64,000 nucleotides of DNA, taken from Macrostomum hystrix (taxonomy: Eukaryota; Animalia; Platyhelminthes). The stretch lies in assembly GCA_950097015.1 (NCBI GenBank), contig CATNEN010000025.1, positions 4,340,001 to 4,404,000 of the forward strand, given 5' to 3'. The stretch's first letter is position 1; the number at the start of each line of letters is the position of its first letter. A program made the translations under genes and the position numbers. Below the pieces are notes generated by a model. That model was not told the origin of the DNA. It ran no database searches and was given only the letters and a program-made list of their open reading frames with translations. Shown one piece after another: positions 12,854 through 25,214 of this stretch.

Positions 12854-14129
12854 GTGGAGCGCTTATTGTGGGCGCAAGCTAAATTTGATGATCAATGCTC
12901 TAAATATTTTTTTAGCTACAGCAGCAAGGCTATTAGGACTGTGCCACTGGCTGTTAGTTTAGCCTGTAGCTGTGATAAGCCGCTGTAAATAAAATCAGAA
13001 AATTTTAATTTTTTGTCATTTCGATTTAGTTTCATTTGTCGTTTAATTTAAAAGCTTTCATACTCCATATGACACACACATACAAGTACTTTTTTATTAC
13101 TAAATATCTTATACTTCAATATTGAATATAAGTTCACTTTAATAATGAATTACAATACAAAATTTTGTGAGCAGATAAAGTAAAAGTTATTGACTAAAAT
13201 AAAAATGTAAATAAACTAACTAGCAAATATAATTTGATGTTTAATTATTCGATTGCTAAAATAATAATAAAAGAGCTGGTATTGAGGTACTGTTTGCAGT
13301 AAAAGTATTTTTTATATTTCAAATAAGCTACTTTGATGCCACTTTTACTACTAAAGAATGGTACCAAAGTTAACTAAAGTGTGATTTGTTAATTTTTCAT
13401 ACATATGCTTACATTATATAACTGTGTTCTAATTCTAGTTTCTGATGATAAACTTTGTTAATTGTGTTATACTTACCTTTTAGGAGTTAGTAATTAAAAT
13501 ATTATGGGCAACAAAAAATTAACTCAATAAAACCATTAGAGATCATCTGTAATTAATGGATAATTTTTCATTAGGTATACAAAATATATACAAATACAAA
13601 TACTAACACAAATACAAAAGAGATATACAAAACAATAATACTAATCTAATGTCTATCAGTTTGACTGATATTTAAAATCAGCAGACTGAAGCCAAGCATG
13701 AACTGATCTCAATAATATGAGTAAACTGTGAACAGAAAAAAATGGCAAAAAACTGTTATAAGAACATAAGCCAGTTATAAAGCTTTTTAGACAAATGCAA
13801 TAATCACAAGATAAAGTGCTGAGAAATAATACCTCAACCATGTTGCATTGAGCAAAAAAGAGTTTGGCTTAACTATCTAAAGGAAAACAGTAGCATGCAT
13901 AAGATTAATTTTAGGTGAATAAAATATTTGAAAAAACACATTTTTGAAATAAACAAAGGCATTAAAACAAAAAATGAAATATTGAAATTTAAAGAGAAAA
14001 TTAAAACTGACCAAAAGAAGAATAGCTATTGTGTTTTTGCATTCTAACTATGGGCCTCAGGGCAGTGGCTTTTTTATCTTGCTTTAAATATGCTTTCTAT
14101 GAAGTCCACAAAACTTTCTGTTAATTCTG

Positions 14130-15350
14130 TGCTTTCCTGTGTCATTAAATACACAATTTTGTCATCAGCTGTTAGGCTTTCAAAATTTCGAAACAGTACC
14201 TGCCACTTTCTCTATGAAATAATTTCTAATTGGAACATAAATGGACCAATCACATCTAAAGAGAATATGAGTTTCGTTCTCTACCTTGACTGCTACATTT
14301 TGGACATGTTCTGTTTTCATAAGCGATTTTTGCTCTTACAGTGCGCAATGTCTCACAGGCCAGTTTGTGGTTTCCTAGACGAAATTGGGACATTGTGCGC
14401 CTTTGTTCTGGGTTAGAGATTATTGTTAGGTACTTTTCTCGGGTGAAATCTTTCTTAAATGTGTAAAAGAAGTGGCTGAGCTTGGCTGATTTTTCTATCT
14501 TCTGAGTCCAGTGCCTTTGAAACTCTGACTCAAAGTTCTCTCTGTGTTTTGATGGACTTAGTTTTTCTAGTCTGTTGACAATTCCGCATTACTTCACTAT
14601 TATTTTTTCGCCAATGCCAACATCGCTATGTTCTGTATCTGCCACCAATTTTGCAATGATGGAGTCTGGTCAGCTCCAAACTGAGGACCAGTATTGAAGG
14701 CTTCTTTTTGAATACTATATAATAGTGGTAGTCTTCCTAATTCAGACCAAGAACCATTGCTGTCAGTGTTTGGACTAACTTGCAGAATTGACTTGCTGAT
14801 TCTAAAATTAATTCTCTCTATAAGGTTCCAATCCCAAGTAGGCCTAACCCAGTTTCCAAGAGACAAAAGCTCCCAAGGCCTCTGATGCATAGAGAACTAT
14901 GCTTTCAATCATAGTTGTGCTAAATAAGATGAGCTGTTTGTATTTTACTCTCTGAAATCCCACCAACTTTCTCTGAAGCATTATTGGATATCCACTTTTT
15001 TACCTATTTCTATGGCATGAGTATCTATTGAACCCTTCATGTTCATTTGAAACCTAAGATATTTCCACTGCTGTACGGGTTGAACCAGTTGACCATGTAA
15101 AATCAGTCTATGTTTTGCCCTTGAGTGGAGATTGCAGCTCAGAAGCTTTGTCTTCTCAGTGTTTATAATTATTTCTAATTTATGAGTATTGCAAAACTCT
15201 CCTACTTTGTCGAGGCCTTTTTGTAATTCTGTCAGGTCTTCACCAAAAATGACTAAATCGTCACAATAAATCAGGTTGTTTACTTCTTCATTCAATATGG
15301 AGGTATGGCTTTGAAATGAGTTTTTTAGAATTGTGTTTTTTTGCATTAGG
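14130..15350 (-). mobile_element. Decayed non-LTR retrotransposon (3' part of ORF2: RT thumb and C-terminal CCHC region)
   Basis: LIYCDDLVIF (YADD-like), INTEKTKLL, WKYL; further 3' KYLTIISNPEQRRTMSQFRLGNHKLACET...RTCPKC and, after a frameshift, VENETHILFRC. Contains stops and frameshifts. Confidence 0.8.
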
Positions 15351-15987
15351 CCTAATTAGTGTGTGTAGGTGTTTCCTAGAAAGACTCTTGAAATAAATGA
15401 AGATACACATGTAAGAGGGCCCTCTTAAATTCAAGATATAGAAAAATCTGAGCTTGACTTCACGTACAACGATATGAGATGATACAGAGAAAAAATTATA
15501 AACAAAATCAGCTAAGGCGTATATATAATATATAAAGCTGCCAAATAAAATGTTATAAAATAGCAAATGTTCAAGAAACGAACTGACTCTATCGGTAATT
15601 TTTTTATAACTACATAATAGGCTATTATGACAGTAATTGTCAGTCATTATAAAAATAATTATAGGATGATTATAATCAAAAACAGTCATTTGTAAATTTA
15701 TAAAATAATATTTTTTCTAGGCTATTAGTTTTTACATTTTAAAATTGTTCAACTTTTGGTCTCGTGCTTGAACAAACAAACTTTTATAAGCTGTGTTGTA
15801 AAATTAGGTTTTTGGTTTACCATATTGGTGTCATATAATGTTTTTGCTCACTATTTTTGTCGCTAGGGTACTATTTTTCCGCTATAAAACAATTGTCGAT
15901 TTTCTGTTTTTAAAACCGATTAGTTCTTAGAAACACATTAGAAGTTTTTGCTCTCTTTACTTTTTGTTCCTTTTCGCATGTCAGTAA

Positions 15988-16067
15988 ATGGCTAATTTCG
16001 GACTATTGTTATGGTTTTTTACGCTCTTTGTGTCGCATTGCTGCCTTGTGAGTAATGCAGATGAAAG
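15988..16067 (+). CDS. POFUT2: POFUT2 exon 1 (signal peptide)
   Basis: MANFGLLLWFFTLFVSHCCLVSNADE, then AG|gttcgt donor; phase 2 matches exon 2. Confidence 0.7.
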
Positions 16068-16940
16068 GTTCGTATATGAATTCAACAATCTTTTTTATGG
16101 CCATGTACGCTGTCGTTTTTCGTTAGTATCATTCTTGGTTACATTTACAATATTTTGTTTTTAGGTAGTCAGTTCTATAGATAACTAATTATTGTTCCCT
16201 TTTAACTCTTCTCTGTTAATCCATATTCTAAAACCTTTAAGGTATCTTGATATTAAATGTATATGTTTTCTTAACTTTATTCTGTAATTAAAAAACTCAC
16301 CCACTTTTAATTTAAGTTCTCATGGTTCTGTTTAATTTTTTTGTTGCATTGAGATAATAACAATAAGTTACGCAAGTGTAACTCTGTTATTTTGGGCATG
16401 TGAAATTGATAAATAATTCAATTTAGCTGGCTAAATTAGCAGTAAAATAAATGCAGTAACTAGCAAAAAAGAAATGCTTTTAGAAAAAGGTTTAGGACAA
16501 AATAGCTTGGACCTGTTAGTTGTTTATTTTAGTAAGCATGTTGTGTACACAAATTCTAAACATATAGTATGCTCACATTCATTTAATATACAATTGAGAA
16601 TCTAGTGACTAGTGACACAAGTAATAAGTTGAATGCAGAATAATATATCCGTTTATCAAGTGGCATTTATTGGTGTAAACCTGACAATATATGTAAGCTT
16701 TGTTACATTTTTGTGTATTGGGCATTAGGTTTAGTTATAGTTTATTGCCTCAGTCTAGAACAATAGAGTAAGACTACACTAGACACAGTACATCATTATG
16801 TTTCTTGCTATACTCTTGCTATAAGCACACAAATATATGCATATCTATAGTTAATTGTTTGTAAAGAAAATATCATAATTTGAGTATTTTAATTTATTAA
16901 ATATAACCCAGAAGCTCATCTTTTCTGATTTTAGAAGCAG

Positions 16941-17021
16941 CTACTTGCTATATGATGTGAATTATGGTGAAGGCTTCAACTTAAGGCGTGATGTTTACAT
17001 AAGATTTGTCAACCTTGTCAG
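16941..17021 (+). CDS. POFUT2: POFUT2 exon 2
   Basis: YLLYDVNYGEGFNLRRDVYIR signature; alternative acceptor possible at 16935. Confidence 0.9.
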
Positions 17022-17108
17022 GTACAAATACAGTTGACTTTTTGCTACCTTATTTCTAAACTAATTCTAAGCTTTATTTGAAAATTATAACTTTCTTATC
17101 AAATATAG

Positions 17109-17284
17109 ATTTCTGAATTCGCACCAGTCACACAGAAAATGGAGCCTGGTTCTTCCCCCATGGGGCCGACTGCATCACTGGTTCAACAATCATAGCTTGG
17201 AGCGCCTGCCTTGGTCGACCTTCTTTGATGTGCCCAGCTTGAATCTGTTTGTGCCAGTGTTGGAATTTCATCAGTTTTTAATTG
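17109..17284 (+). CDS. POFUT2: POFUT2 exon 3
   Basis: WSLVLPPWGRLHHW...LPWSTFFDVPSLNLFVPVLEF; GT-AG sites with consistent phases. Confidence 0.9.
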
Positions 17285-17384
17285 GTGCGCACATGACTAC
17301 TAGCATAGTTAGGCGAGGCTGGTCAGTAGTAGCTATATCAGAACTCAACAATAATAGTTTATAATGCAAATATATATATTTTAG

Positions 17385-17509
17385 AAACAGGTGGAGCTCC
17401 GATTGACAAGGCCTACTATCTGCAGAGCCTGCCATTCAGCAATGGCCAATGGGTCGAGCGGGTGGAGCTGCAACCGTGCCAATCAACGCACTCATACTAC
17501 TACTCGTCC
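17385..17509 (+). CDS. POFUT2: POFUT2 exon 4
   Basis: TGGAPIDKAYYLQ...WVERVELQPC; GT-AG sites with consistent phases. Confidence 0.85.
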
Positions 17510-17651
17510 GTAAGTAGTAGTTGACTAAATTTTAGCGCGTTCTGCTACCCAGTAGCTGTTTAGACTTCAGATTTTTTGCAATAATTTAAATACTGAATTA
17601 ACTCTAATCTGTTTTGTATTATCCAATAGTTAATTATCTATAGTTTTTGAT

Positions 17652-18495
17652 CATCTGATAGTGGATTAACTATAGTCTGCATTGTCTGATAGTGGATTAA
17701 CTATAGTCTGCATTGTCTGATAGTGGATTAACTATAGTCTGCATTGTCTGATAGTGGATTAACTATAGTCTGCATTGTCTGATAGTGGATTAACTATAGT
17801 CTGCATTGTCTGATAGTGGATTAACTATAGTCTGCATTGTCTGATAGTGGATTGACTATAGTCTGCATTGTCTGATAGTGGATTGACTATAGTCTGCATT
17901 GTCTGATAGAGGATTAACTATAGTCTGCATTGTCTGATAGTGGATTAACTATAGTCTGCATTGTCTGATAGTGGATTAACTATAGTCTGCAATGTGTGAT
18001 AGAGGATTAACTATAGTCTGCATTGTCTGATAGTGGATTAACTATAGTCTGCATTGTCTGATAGTGGATTAACTATAGTCTGCAATGTGTGATAGTGGAT
18101 TAACTATAGTCTGCATTGTCTGATAGTGGATTAACTATAGTCTGCATTATCTGATAGTGGATTAACTATAGTCTGCATTGTCTGATAGTGGATTAACTAT
18201 AGTCTGCATTGTCTGATAGTGGATTAACTATAGTCTGCATTGTCTGATAGTGGATTAACTATAGTCTGCAATGTGTGATAGCGGATTAACTATAGTCTGC
18301 ATTGTCTGATAGAGGATTAACTATAGTCTGCATTGTCTGATAGTGGATTAACTATAGTCTGCATTGTCTGATAGTGGATTAACTATAGTCTGCATTGTCT
18401 GATAGTGGATTAACTATAGTCTGCATTGTCTGATAGTGGATTAACTATAGTCTGCATTGTCTGATAGTGGATTAACTATAGTCTGCATTGTCTGA
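17652..18495. repeat. 31-bp minisatellite (TCTGATAGTGGATTAACTATAGTCTGCATTG)n in POFUT2 intron 4
   Basis: About 27 near-identical units. Confidence 0.95.
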
Positions 18496-18555
18496 TGATG
18501 TCAGAGGAAAAAAGTCAATTCACATCTGAGCTCCCATTCCCTTCCTTCCCCCCAG

Positions 18556-18686
18556 TCTGACGAGCTCTGGTTCAGTTGGATGTTCGGCTACGCTGAGCGG
18601 CAGCCAATCAGGGAGTTCGCCTGCTTGGGCGTGCAAGCCGAAGCTAAGACTCTGATGGACTTTGTGCTGAGCCTTGGCTCGGTCAG
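18556..18686 (+). CDS. POFUT2: POFUT2 exon 5
   Basis: SDELWFSWMFGYAE...FACLGVQAEA; ccccag acceptor, gtgag donor. Confidence 0.85.
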
Positions 18687-18770
18687 GTGAGAAAACCGCT
18701 CGTTTAGCTGGTTTCTGCGCGTATCTTCATCAACCAGTTTATATATTCGTACCATGGCGCTGCCTTCCAG

Positions 18771-18843
18771 AAGTGTCTTGTTTGACAAAGGCGAGTCGGT
18801 GATTCACGGCAGATACAGCGAGTGGAGTCCCGAGTGGTGGACT
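18771..18843 (+). CDS. POFUT2: POFUT2 exon 6
   Basis: SVLFDKGESVIHGRYSEWSPEWWT; ttccag acceptor, gtaag donor. Confidence 0.85.
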
Positions 18844-18921
18844 GTAAGCAATTGAAATCACTGCTGCATTATCTAGTGTCTGCAGTTGGCTAACCTTTTT
18901 TTTTCGTCTACAATTGAAAAG

Positions 18922-19047
18922 GCCAGGCGCAGCATGGTGTTCTCGGCTCGACTGCGCTTCATTGCCACAGAGTTTCGAGAGCGGTTGCTAAACTCCTCGG
19001 ATCTGGCAGATCGGACTGTGCGGCCAAGCGATTGGCGGAGTCTCATG
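18922..19047 (+). CDS. POFUT2: POFUT2 exon 7
   Basis: ARRSMVFSARLRFIATEFRE (RRSMVF motif); phase 0-0. Confidence 0.85.
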
Positions 19048-19189
19048 GTTGGGCTGTGATATCTGCCAGCTTTGGGATCGGGAAGCAATTGTCTGCGGAA
19101 CAGTCGAGATGACTCCTGATACCTTGAAGCTGGGGTTAATAAGTATTAATGATTGCAGGAGGGCTGTGGGCTCTGTGCGCACCATTTGG

Positions 19190-19490
19190 TGACCCGCAGC
19201 CAGCAAGGAAGCAATTCTGCCATTTCTCTGAATCCTGAGTACACTCACTATAGGGTGTGCACATCTGGGCCATCTGCCCTGACTTTCTCATCGTCAGGCA
19301 GTATACACTTTCACTGTACCTTGGAGGTTGGCCCTTAAGGGCCTAAATTGCACGACAAGCCCCCAAGCCTTCTCTCCGCGGCTGCAGCCTCAAATAAATG
19401 TGGCCCCCGCCGCAGAATCGAGCTCAGGGACTTTGGCACGAGAGGCAAACGCGTTAGAGCGCTCAGCCACTCACCCACTAAGGTGGGGTT
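19190..19490 (-). mobile_element. tRNA-derived SINE, family A, in POFUT2 intron 7
   Basis: Reverse complement matches 8185-8480 (ctaacgcgtttgcctctcg...gagctcgattc...ccaacctccaagg...gagaaagtc). Confidence 0.7.
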
Positions 19491-19538
19491 GGCTCACCTT
19501 TCATAGTCAACAGTCTGAGCATCCATCCCTGTCCGCAG

Positions 19539-20075
19539 GCTGCTGAAGGCTCAGCACTGGGCGGTCCCTACCTGGCTGTCCACCTGCGCCGCAACGACTT
19601 TCTTCGCGCTCATCCGGAGGCGACGCCGTCGTTCGCCTCGGCCGCCAAGCAGCTGCTGCGGCGCGCCCGCTCGCTGGGTTTGACCGTCGTCTTCCTGGCC
19701 ACAGACGATCCGCAGGCCGAATCCCAGCTGGCCAAGGAGCTGCTGGATGCCGGAGCTGCTGATGTTCGTCTAGTACGCTACTCGCCAACGTCGGCTAACT
19801 CTACACCGTTGACAGACGGTGAGCTGGCCGTTCTGGATCAGATCATCGGGTCGCACGCTCGCCACTTCATTGGAAGCCGGGCTTCAACATTCACCTTGCG
19901 GCTAATTGAAGAGCGCTCAATTCTGGGCTTCTCTCGCGAGTCTATCGTGGAACTGTTCTGCGTTGACGGCGATAATGACGGCTGCGAGCCGGGTACCTAC
20001 TGGGCCCCGCAGTTTGAGCCGCAGTTCTCCCTGCCCAATGACCAGCAAGCTGGTGTTGTCAGGGAAGACTTGTGA
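19539..20075 (+). CDS. POFUT2: POFUT2 terminal exon (GDP-fucose protein O-fucosyltransferase 2)
   Basis: GSALGGPYLAVHLRRNDF, VFLATD, LDQII...HARHFIGS..STFTLRL.EER.ILGF; ends VVREDL*. Joined CDS is 1329 nt = 442 aa plus stop. Confidence 0.92.
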   Translation, partial: AAEGSALGGPYLAVHLRRNDFLRAHPEATPSFASAAKQLLRRARSLGLTVVFLATDDPQAESQLAKELLDAGAADVRLVRYSPTSANSTPLTDGELAVLDQIIGSHARHFIGSRASTFTLRLIEERSILGFSRESIVELFCVDGDNDGCEPGTYWAPQFEPQFSLPNDQQAGVVREDL

Positions 20076-20149
20076 CGAAAAGCTTACTCTATTACGTATT
20101 GTGGGCCACTATGATAGCACAAATGCTGGTTTTTTTACTTCAAGAGCGG

Positions 20150-20710
20150 GGAGAGACGGAGAAGAGAACAGGCTGAGAGGGAGAGGAGAGTGGGGAGAGA
20201 GGTAAATGAGAGCGGGGAGAAGGAGATGAGAGCGGGGAGAGAGGGAGAGGAGAGCAGGGAGAGAGGGAGATGAGAGCGGGGAGAGAGGGAGAGAGGGAGA
20301 TGAGAGCGGGGAGAGAGGGAGAGGAGAGCAGGGAGAGAGGGAGATGAGAGTGGGGAGAGAGGGAGATGAGAGCGTGGAGAGGGAGATAGAGAAAAGTGGG
20401 GTTAATGGGTGAGGAGAGTGTGGGGTTAATGGGTGAGGAGAGTGTGGGGTTAATGGGTGAGGAGAGTGTGGGGTTAATGGGTGAGGAGAGTGTGGGGTTA
20501 ATGGGTGAGGAGAGTGTGGGGTTAATGGGTGAGGAGAGTGTGGGGTTAATGGGTGAGGAGAGTGTGGGGTTAATGGGTGAGGAGAGTGTGGGGTTAATGG
20601 GTGAGGAGAGTGTGGGGTTAATGGGTGAGGAGAGTGTGGGGTTAATGGGTGAGGAGAGTGTGGGGTTAGTGGGTGAGGAGAGTGTGGGGTTAATGGGTGA
20701 GGAGAGTGGG
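20150..20710. repeat. GA-rich repeat followed by 24-bp minisatellite (GTGGGGTTAATGGGTGAGGAGAGT)n
   Basis: Read directly; explains the GLMGEESV ORF. Confidence 0.9.
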
Positions 20711-21587
20711 TAGATTGAGGGGGGTAAGTGAGGGAGAGGAGAATAAATTTTAGGTAATCATCAGACTGATATTAAAATGATAAAAGCACACTCGCTAGAC
20801 TTTCGGTAACAGGACTCACAATGTGTTGGTATTTTATGAATTGTATTCTTTGTCATTTTTGTGTCACATTAGCAGTTTTCTGGTTAAGGCTTTCAGTTGC
20901 GCTTCATTTATTGATTTATTCTTTTTGTTATGCTTTTATTTCACTAAAGAATTTAGTATATTTGAGTTAATTATTTTACTAGTCAGTAGTCCAACGAGTC
21001 TCCCTTGAGCGTGACCTAAGTGCTCACTTAAAAGTGCCACAGAATAGTCTCACAGCATTACTGGACCGCGTTTGTATTGTTATTTTACATGCCTGTTTGT
21101 TGGTTTATATGAAAGTAATTCCCTTTTCTTTAATTGCAGATAGCCCTGTTTTGTAATTACAAGTTTGTCTGACTGTATTTCTGCAGATCAAATAAACGAT
21201 TATACGTCACGTGTCACTTGTTCTCTGAAAAGTTTTCTCATTGTTATTCCCGAGCAGACTGTGGTCAGTAGCTCTATGCCCGGATCACTCAAGATTGTGG
21301 ACTTGATTCTCCTAACTAATTTAAACTAATTTGACCATAGACTATGCTTTCAGTCATTGCACATGTAGCTATTGTCTGACAGTAATCGAATCGGACAAAG
21401 AAGGGTAGAGTTAAAATCAGTAATATGAAATTGAGTTTATTAAGTTTATCTAGTTATAAAGCTATTATCAAGTATGATCGATAAATGGGGGGGGGTGAAA
21501 CACTGACTCCGAGGGAAGAACAGGCCTACATTAATTTAGGGCAAGACTCTACAAGGCACTGACAAAGTGCTGGTGAAACTGTAGGCT

Positions 21588-22115
21588 TCAATTCTTTCTT
21601 TTAAGCAGCGGCATCACGCTGAAAATTCCTCTGGGCGGAGCCGGGGAGGCGACTGGGGCGGCGCCCGATTTCTGCAGCCGAGCAAGCTGACGCTGGCAGG
21701 CCTCCAGCTGGGCTGCCAGTTCAACATTCTGGTGTACCTTCTCAGCCATGTCGGCCTCCCAGTCGGCGAGGTCCGCCTTTAGGGCGGCGATTTGCACCGC
21801 GGCCGCTTCGGCTGCCTCGCGATTGTCGCCACCGCCTCGCCGGCAGCGTGAGCAGACGGACTCTACGATCTCCGCTGCTTCAGCCGTCCGCTCGGCCACG
21901 TCGTCTGCCACTTCGTCTTCGTCTTCTTCGACGTCGACAGCCTCGTCGAAGCGGTGCCTACCGGCAATTCCTCCGTCTAGAGCTGTCGCCGAAACGCATG
22001 AAACAGCCGCGGCTGACTTAAGCGTCGCAGCCGCGGCTTGAGCTTCGCGGAGCTCCTCGGCTCGCCTGTGAAGCTGCTCGCGCAGGCGGGCGTTCTCGTC
22101 CTCCAGGGCCCCGAC
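21588..22115 (-). CDS. Coiled-coil protein, terminal exon
   Basis: Acceptor cag|GTC at 22115 (phase 0); heptad-rich VGALEDENARLREQL and IAALKADLADWEADMAEKVHQNVELAAQLEACQRQL; AATAAA on the minus strand at 21436-21441. Confidence 0.75.
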   Translation of the reverse strand, partial: VGALEDENARLREQLHRRAEELREAQAAAATLKSAAAVSCVSATALDGGIAGRHRFDEAVDVEEDEDEVADDVAERTAEAAEIVESVCSRCRRGGGDNREAAEAAAVQIAALKADLADWEADMAEKVHQNVELAAQLEACQRQLARLQKSGAAPVASPAPPRGIFSVMPLLKRKN

Positions 22116-22202
22116 CTGACGTTGCAACGTGGCGGTCAAGGGAAGATTAGCAGGGGCAACTACATATGCACAATGGTGATGTCACTACCATTTCCCTTCA
22201 CT

Positions 22203-22537
22203 GAGCAGCCCGATGCTACTCACTCCTAACTTCTGAGCAGCCGATGCTACTCACTCCTAACTTCTGAGCAGCCGATGCTACTCACTCCTAACTTCTGAGC
22301 AGCCGATGCTACTCACTCCTAACTTCTGAGCAGCCGATGCTACTCACTCCTAACTTCTGAGCAGCCGATGCTACTCACTCCTAACTTCTGAGCAGCCGAT
22401 GCTACTCACTCCTAACTTCTGAGCAGCCGATGCTACTCACTCCTAACTTCTGAGCAGCCGATGCTACTCACTCCTAACTTCTGAGCAGCCGATGCTACTC
22501 ACTCCTAACTTCTGAGCAGCCAATGCTACTCACTCCC
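22203..22537. repeat. 31-bp minisatellite (GAGCAGCCGATGCTACTCACTCCTAACTTCT)n filling the coiled-coil gene intron
   Basis: About 11 near-identical units. Confidence 0.95.
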
Positions 22538-22579
22538 AGATCTCCTTCATTTGTAGTAAAAACAAGCTAAGATGATGAC

Positions 22580-22957
22580 CTGAGCATGAGCAGCCACTGA
22601 TTCGTCTCGCAGCTCAGCAATCTGCTGCCCATAGAATTCCTCGTAGGCATTGGAAACATCAGCCAGACTCTCCATCAGGTAGATGCTGAGCTTCACTAGC
22701 GACACCGGCGTAGCTGCTGCGGTCGCCTGCGCTCTGTCGTCGCCATGTTGGCCATCTGAAGCCGCCCTGCTGGCGGAAGCTGTCGCATTCAGCAGCCGCT
22801 CGGCGACGTCGCTAGCTAGCCAGTCGGCCTGACAATCTGGCGGGAACTCGCTCTCGGCCTTGCTCAGGTAGTCTCGCAATCTAGACTCAACTTCGTCAGC
22901 TAGGCGTTTCGGTTCAAGAGTGCCATCATAGTCTTGCTTTTCCTCCTGATTTTCCAT
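22580..22957 (-). CDS. Coiled-coil protein, upstream exon (start uncertain)
   Basis: MENQEEKQ...IAELRDESVAAHAQ with CAG|gtc donor, phase 0, joining in frame to 22115. The frame is open further upstream, so an earlier exon is possible. Confidence 0.7.
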
Positions 22958-23944
22958 GCCTTGGGGTCTGTGCAATGCGCTTTTGTGCACTCCCGTCTTC
23001 CTTGCAGTCTCACTGTTGTTTAATAGCCAAACGTTTTCGTGCGTTTTAATAATCTAGCCGCAACTGGATGGTACTGCGGAGTCTCTATTCTGCGCTCGCA
23101 ATGGACTCGATAAATTTTCTATCTTCTAACTAAACTGACGCCAAGCATGACTCACTGTTCTCTATATTTTTTATATCTTCTATTTTTCTTTCCAAGCGTA
23201 AGTACAGTGGCAGCTGTGCATCAAGCAGTGAGCGGTCCCACCTCCACAGTGAATACAGAGCAGAGTGAAGACAGTCTGACAGATATCTCATAAAACTTAT
23301 GCGCACCTGCAGTAGATTTCGCTACTGCATGTCGATGCCTTTAACTTCACACAGACTTGCATTCCAGTGCGCATTTATTATGTTATGATTTTCTGAAGTA
23401 ACTGTAACTATCTTGCCCTCATACGAGTATATACGAATTTTATTAAGGTCGGTTTATCGGACCAATTCTTTCATAAAGAATTTTTTATAAGGACAGTTTT
23501 TTTCAGTTAAGATGTTATATTCAGTATCTGAATATGCTAAATGCTTCCAACTCTATTTACATGACACTCGGCAAAGATGAAATCTCCAAACAGACTGTGT
23601 TACGCAATGGACGATTAAACTCTCGCCAGTTTTGGGTTTCCGATAGAGGATTAAATCTCGCCTGTTTTTCTTTATCCCAATATAAAATAATTTTTTGTAT
23701 GTTTGCCGTAACTAAATAAAACAATATATTCATTAAAAACTCTGAATCACGTGGAAATAATTAAGCACAGAATGGTATTAACTAATATATCTAAGCAGGT
23801 ACCACAAACGCTCGAATTGATTTAACTAGCTCTATATAGACTAAAACTTTAAGTCTATTATACCCAAAAAGTTTAGCTTAACCTCGCGAAAGTTTCAAAA
23901 CACAAGGTAACTGAATCTCAAGGGTTGGCAGGCCCGTGTTTCTC

Positions 23945-24510
23945 CTACATCAGATAGACAACTAGCCGGTCAGCGTAGCCACTTCCCACTCTGCTGGGCG
24001 CGTCCTGGATATAGTTGTAGATTAGTACCGGCACAGAGCCCTTGAAGCCCTCGCTGATCCATGGGCAGGCGTCATCTTTGTCCGAAACGACGAAGAAGCT
24101 GCGCTCACTGTCGCAGCCACCGCCAGCGCTGCTAATGGAGAAGTGCCTCTTCCTGGACGCATCGCCCTCAAGCGAGAATTGGCTGAATTCTGTTCTACCG
24201 ATCCAGAAGGGGTAGGAGGACTCGAGTCTCTCCTTTGAGAACCAGTTGTCACGCGTCAGCTTGTCTGTGTCTCTGGCAACATTGAAAATCACCTGCGACA
24301 CGACGCTGTTCCCCTCACGCATTTCAGCAACCATTCTGGACTTGCCCGACTGCTTCACAGTCAGTGCCAGCTGGTCAAGGAGATCCGACCGATAAACTGG
24401 CGGCAACGAGCCGTCTGTGGGCATCTTGAAGTCTTGCCTGTGTGCAAAAACGTTCAACGCCTCCCTCCCGATGTTGGCTTCGATGGTGAACAACAGCTGC
24501 TTGTACTCCT
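23945..24510 (-). CDS. Modular secreted protein, left copy, module 12 (terminal, ends VYLM*)
   Basis: tgtag|AG acceptor; the 182-aa ORF is identical to that at 61353-61901. Confidence 0.88.
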
Positions 24511-24602
24511 CTACAATGTTGCAAAAGGTATAAATTCAAGTTTGTGCAGTGCATAATAAGAGACCAGCAAGACAAAATACTCCTCAGGGTAAAAAAGCTC
24601 AC

Positions 24603-25214
24603 CAAAAACGATAAATTTCTTAAACTCAGCACGCGGATCATTAAACTCGTTAGACAAATAGATGAGCATTCTATCAGCGTATCCCGCACTCTCATGGAAA
24701 GGCCGACCTTGCTCTCGGTTGTAAACAAGAGTCGGAGCGGAGCCTCGCCAACCTCGAGTGACCCAGTCGCAATGGCCTTGATAGTCCGACACCATGATAA
24801 AGCCCGCATCTCTCTCACAGCCGCCGTAATTGTTGCTAATGAAGAACCTTCGCTTTTGGCCCACTTCACCGTCCAGAGAAAAGTAATTAAACTCCTTTCT
24901 GCTGATTGGGTACGGATACGAAGACTCAAGCCTGAGCAATGAGAACCAGTTCTCCTTGTTTAGCTTGTCAGTGTCGGTGGAGACATCAAATACAACTTGC
25001 GACACGACCTGATCGTCTTTACGCATTTCCAAGATCATCTTTTTCATTCCTGACTCCCTCACAGCCCGTGGCAGCTCGTCCATCAGATCGGATCTGTAGA
25101 CTGGAGGCAGAGATCCGTCAGCCGGCATCTTGAAGTTTTGTTGATGTTTGAGTGTCTCCAGCGCTTCCATGTGCACGTTCGGAACAATGGTGAACAACAG
25201 CTGCTTGTCTTTTT
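24603..25214 (-). CDS. Modular secreted protein, left copy, module 11 (X-type)
   Basis: 612-nt phase 1-1 exon; ttccag acceptor, gtgag donor. Confidence 0.88.

Noticed and set aside
20396-20710. Interstitial telomere repeats (also 37765-38482)
   Set aside because: Units of 24 and 20 bp contain only telomere-like fragments, not (TTAGGG)n.
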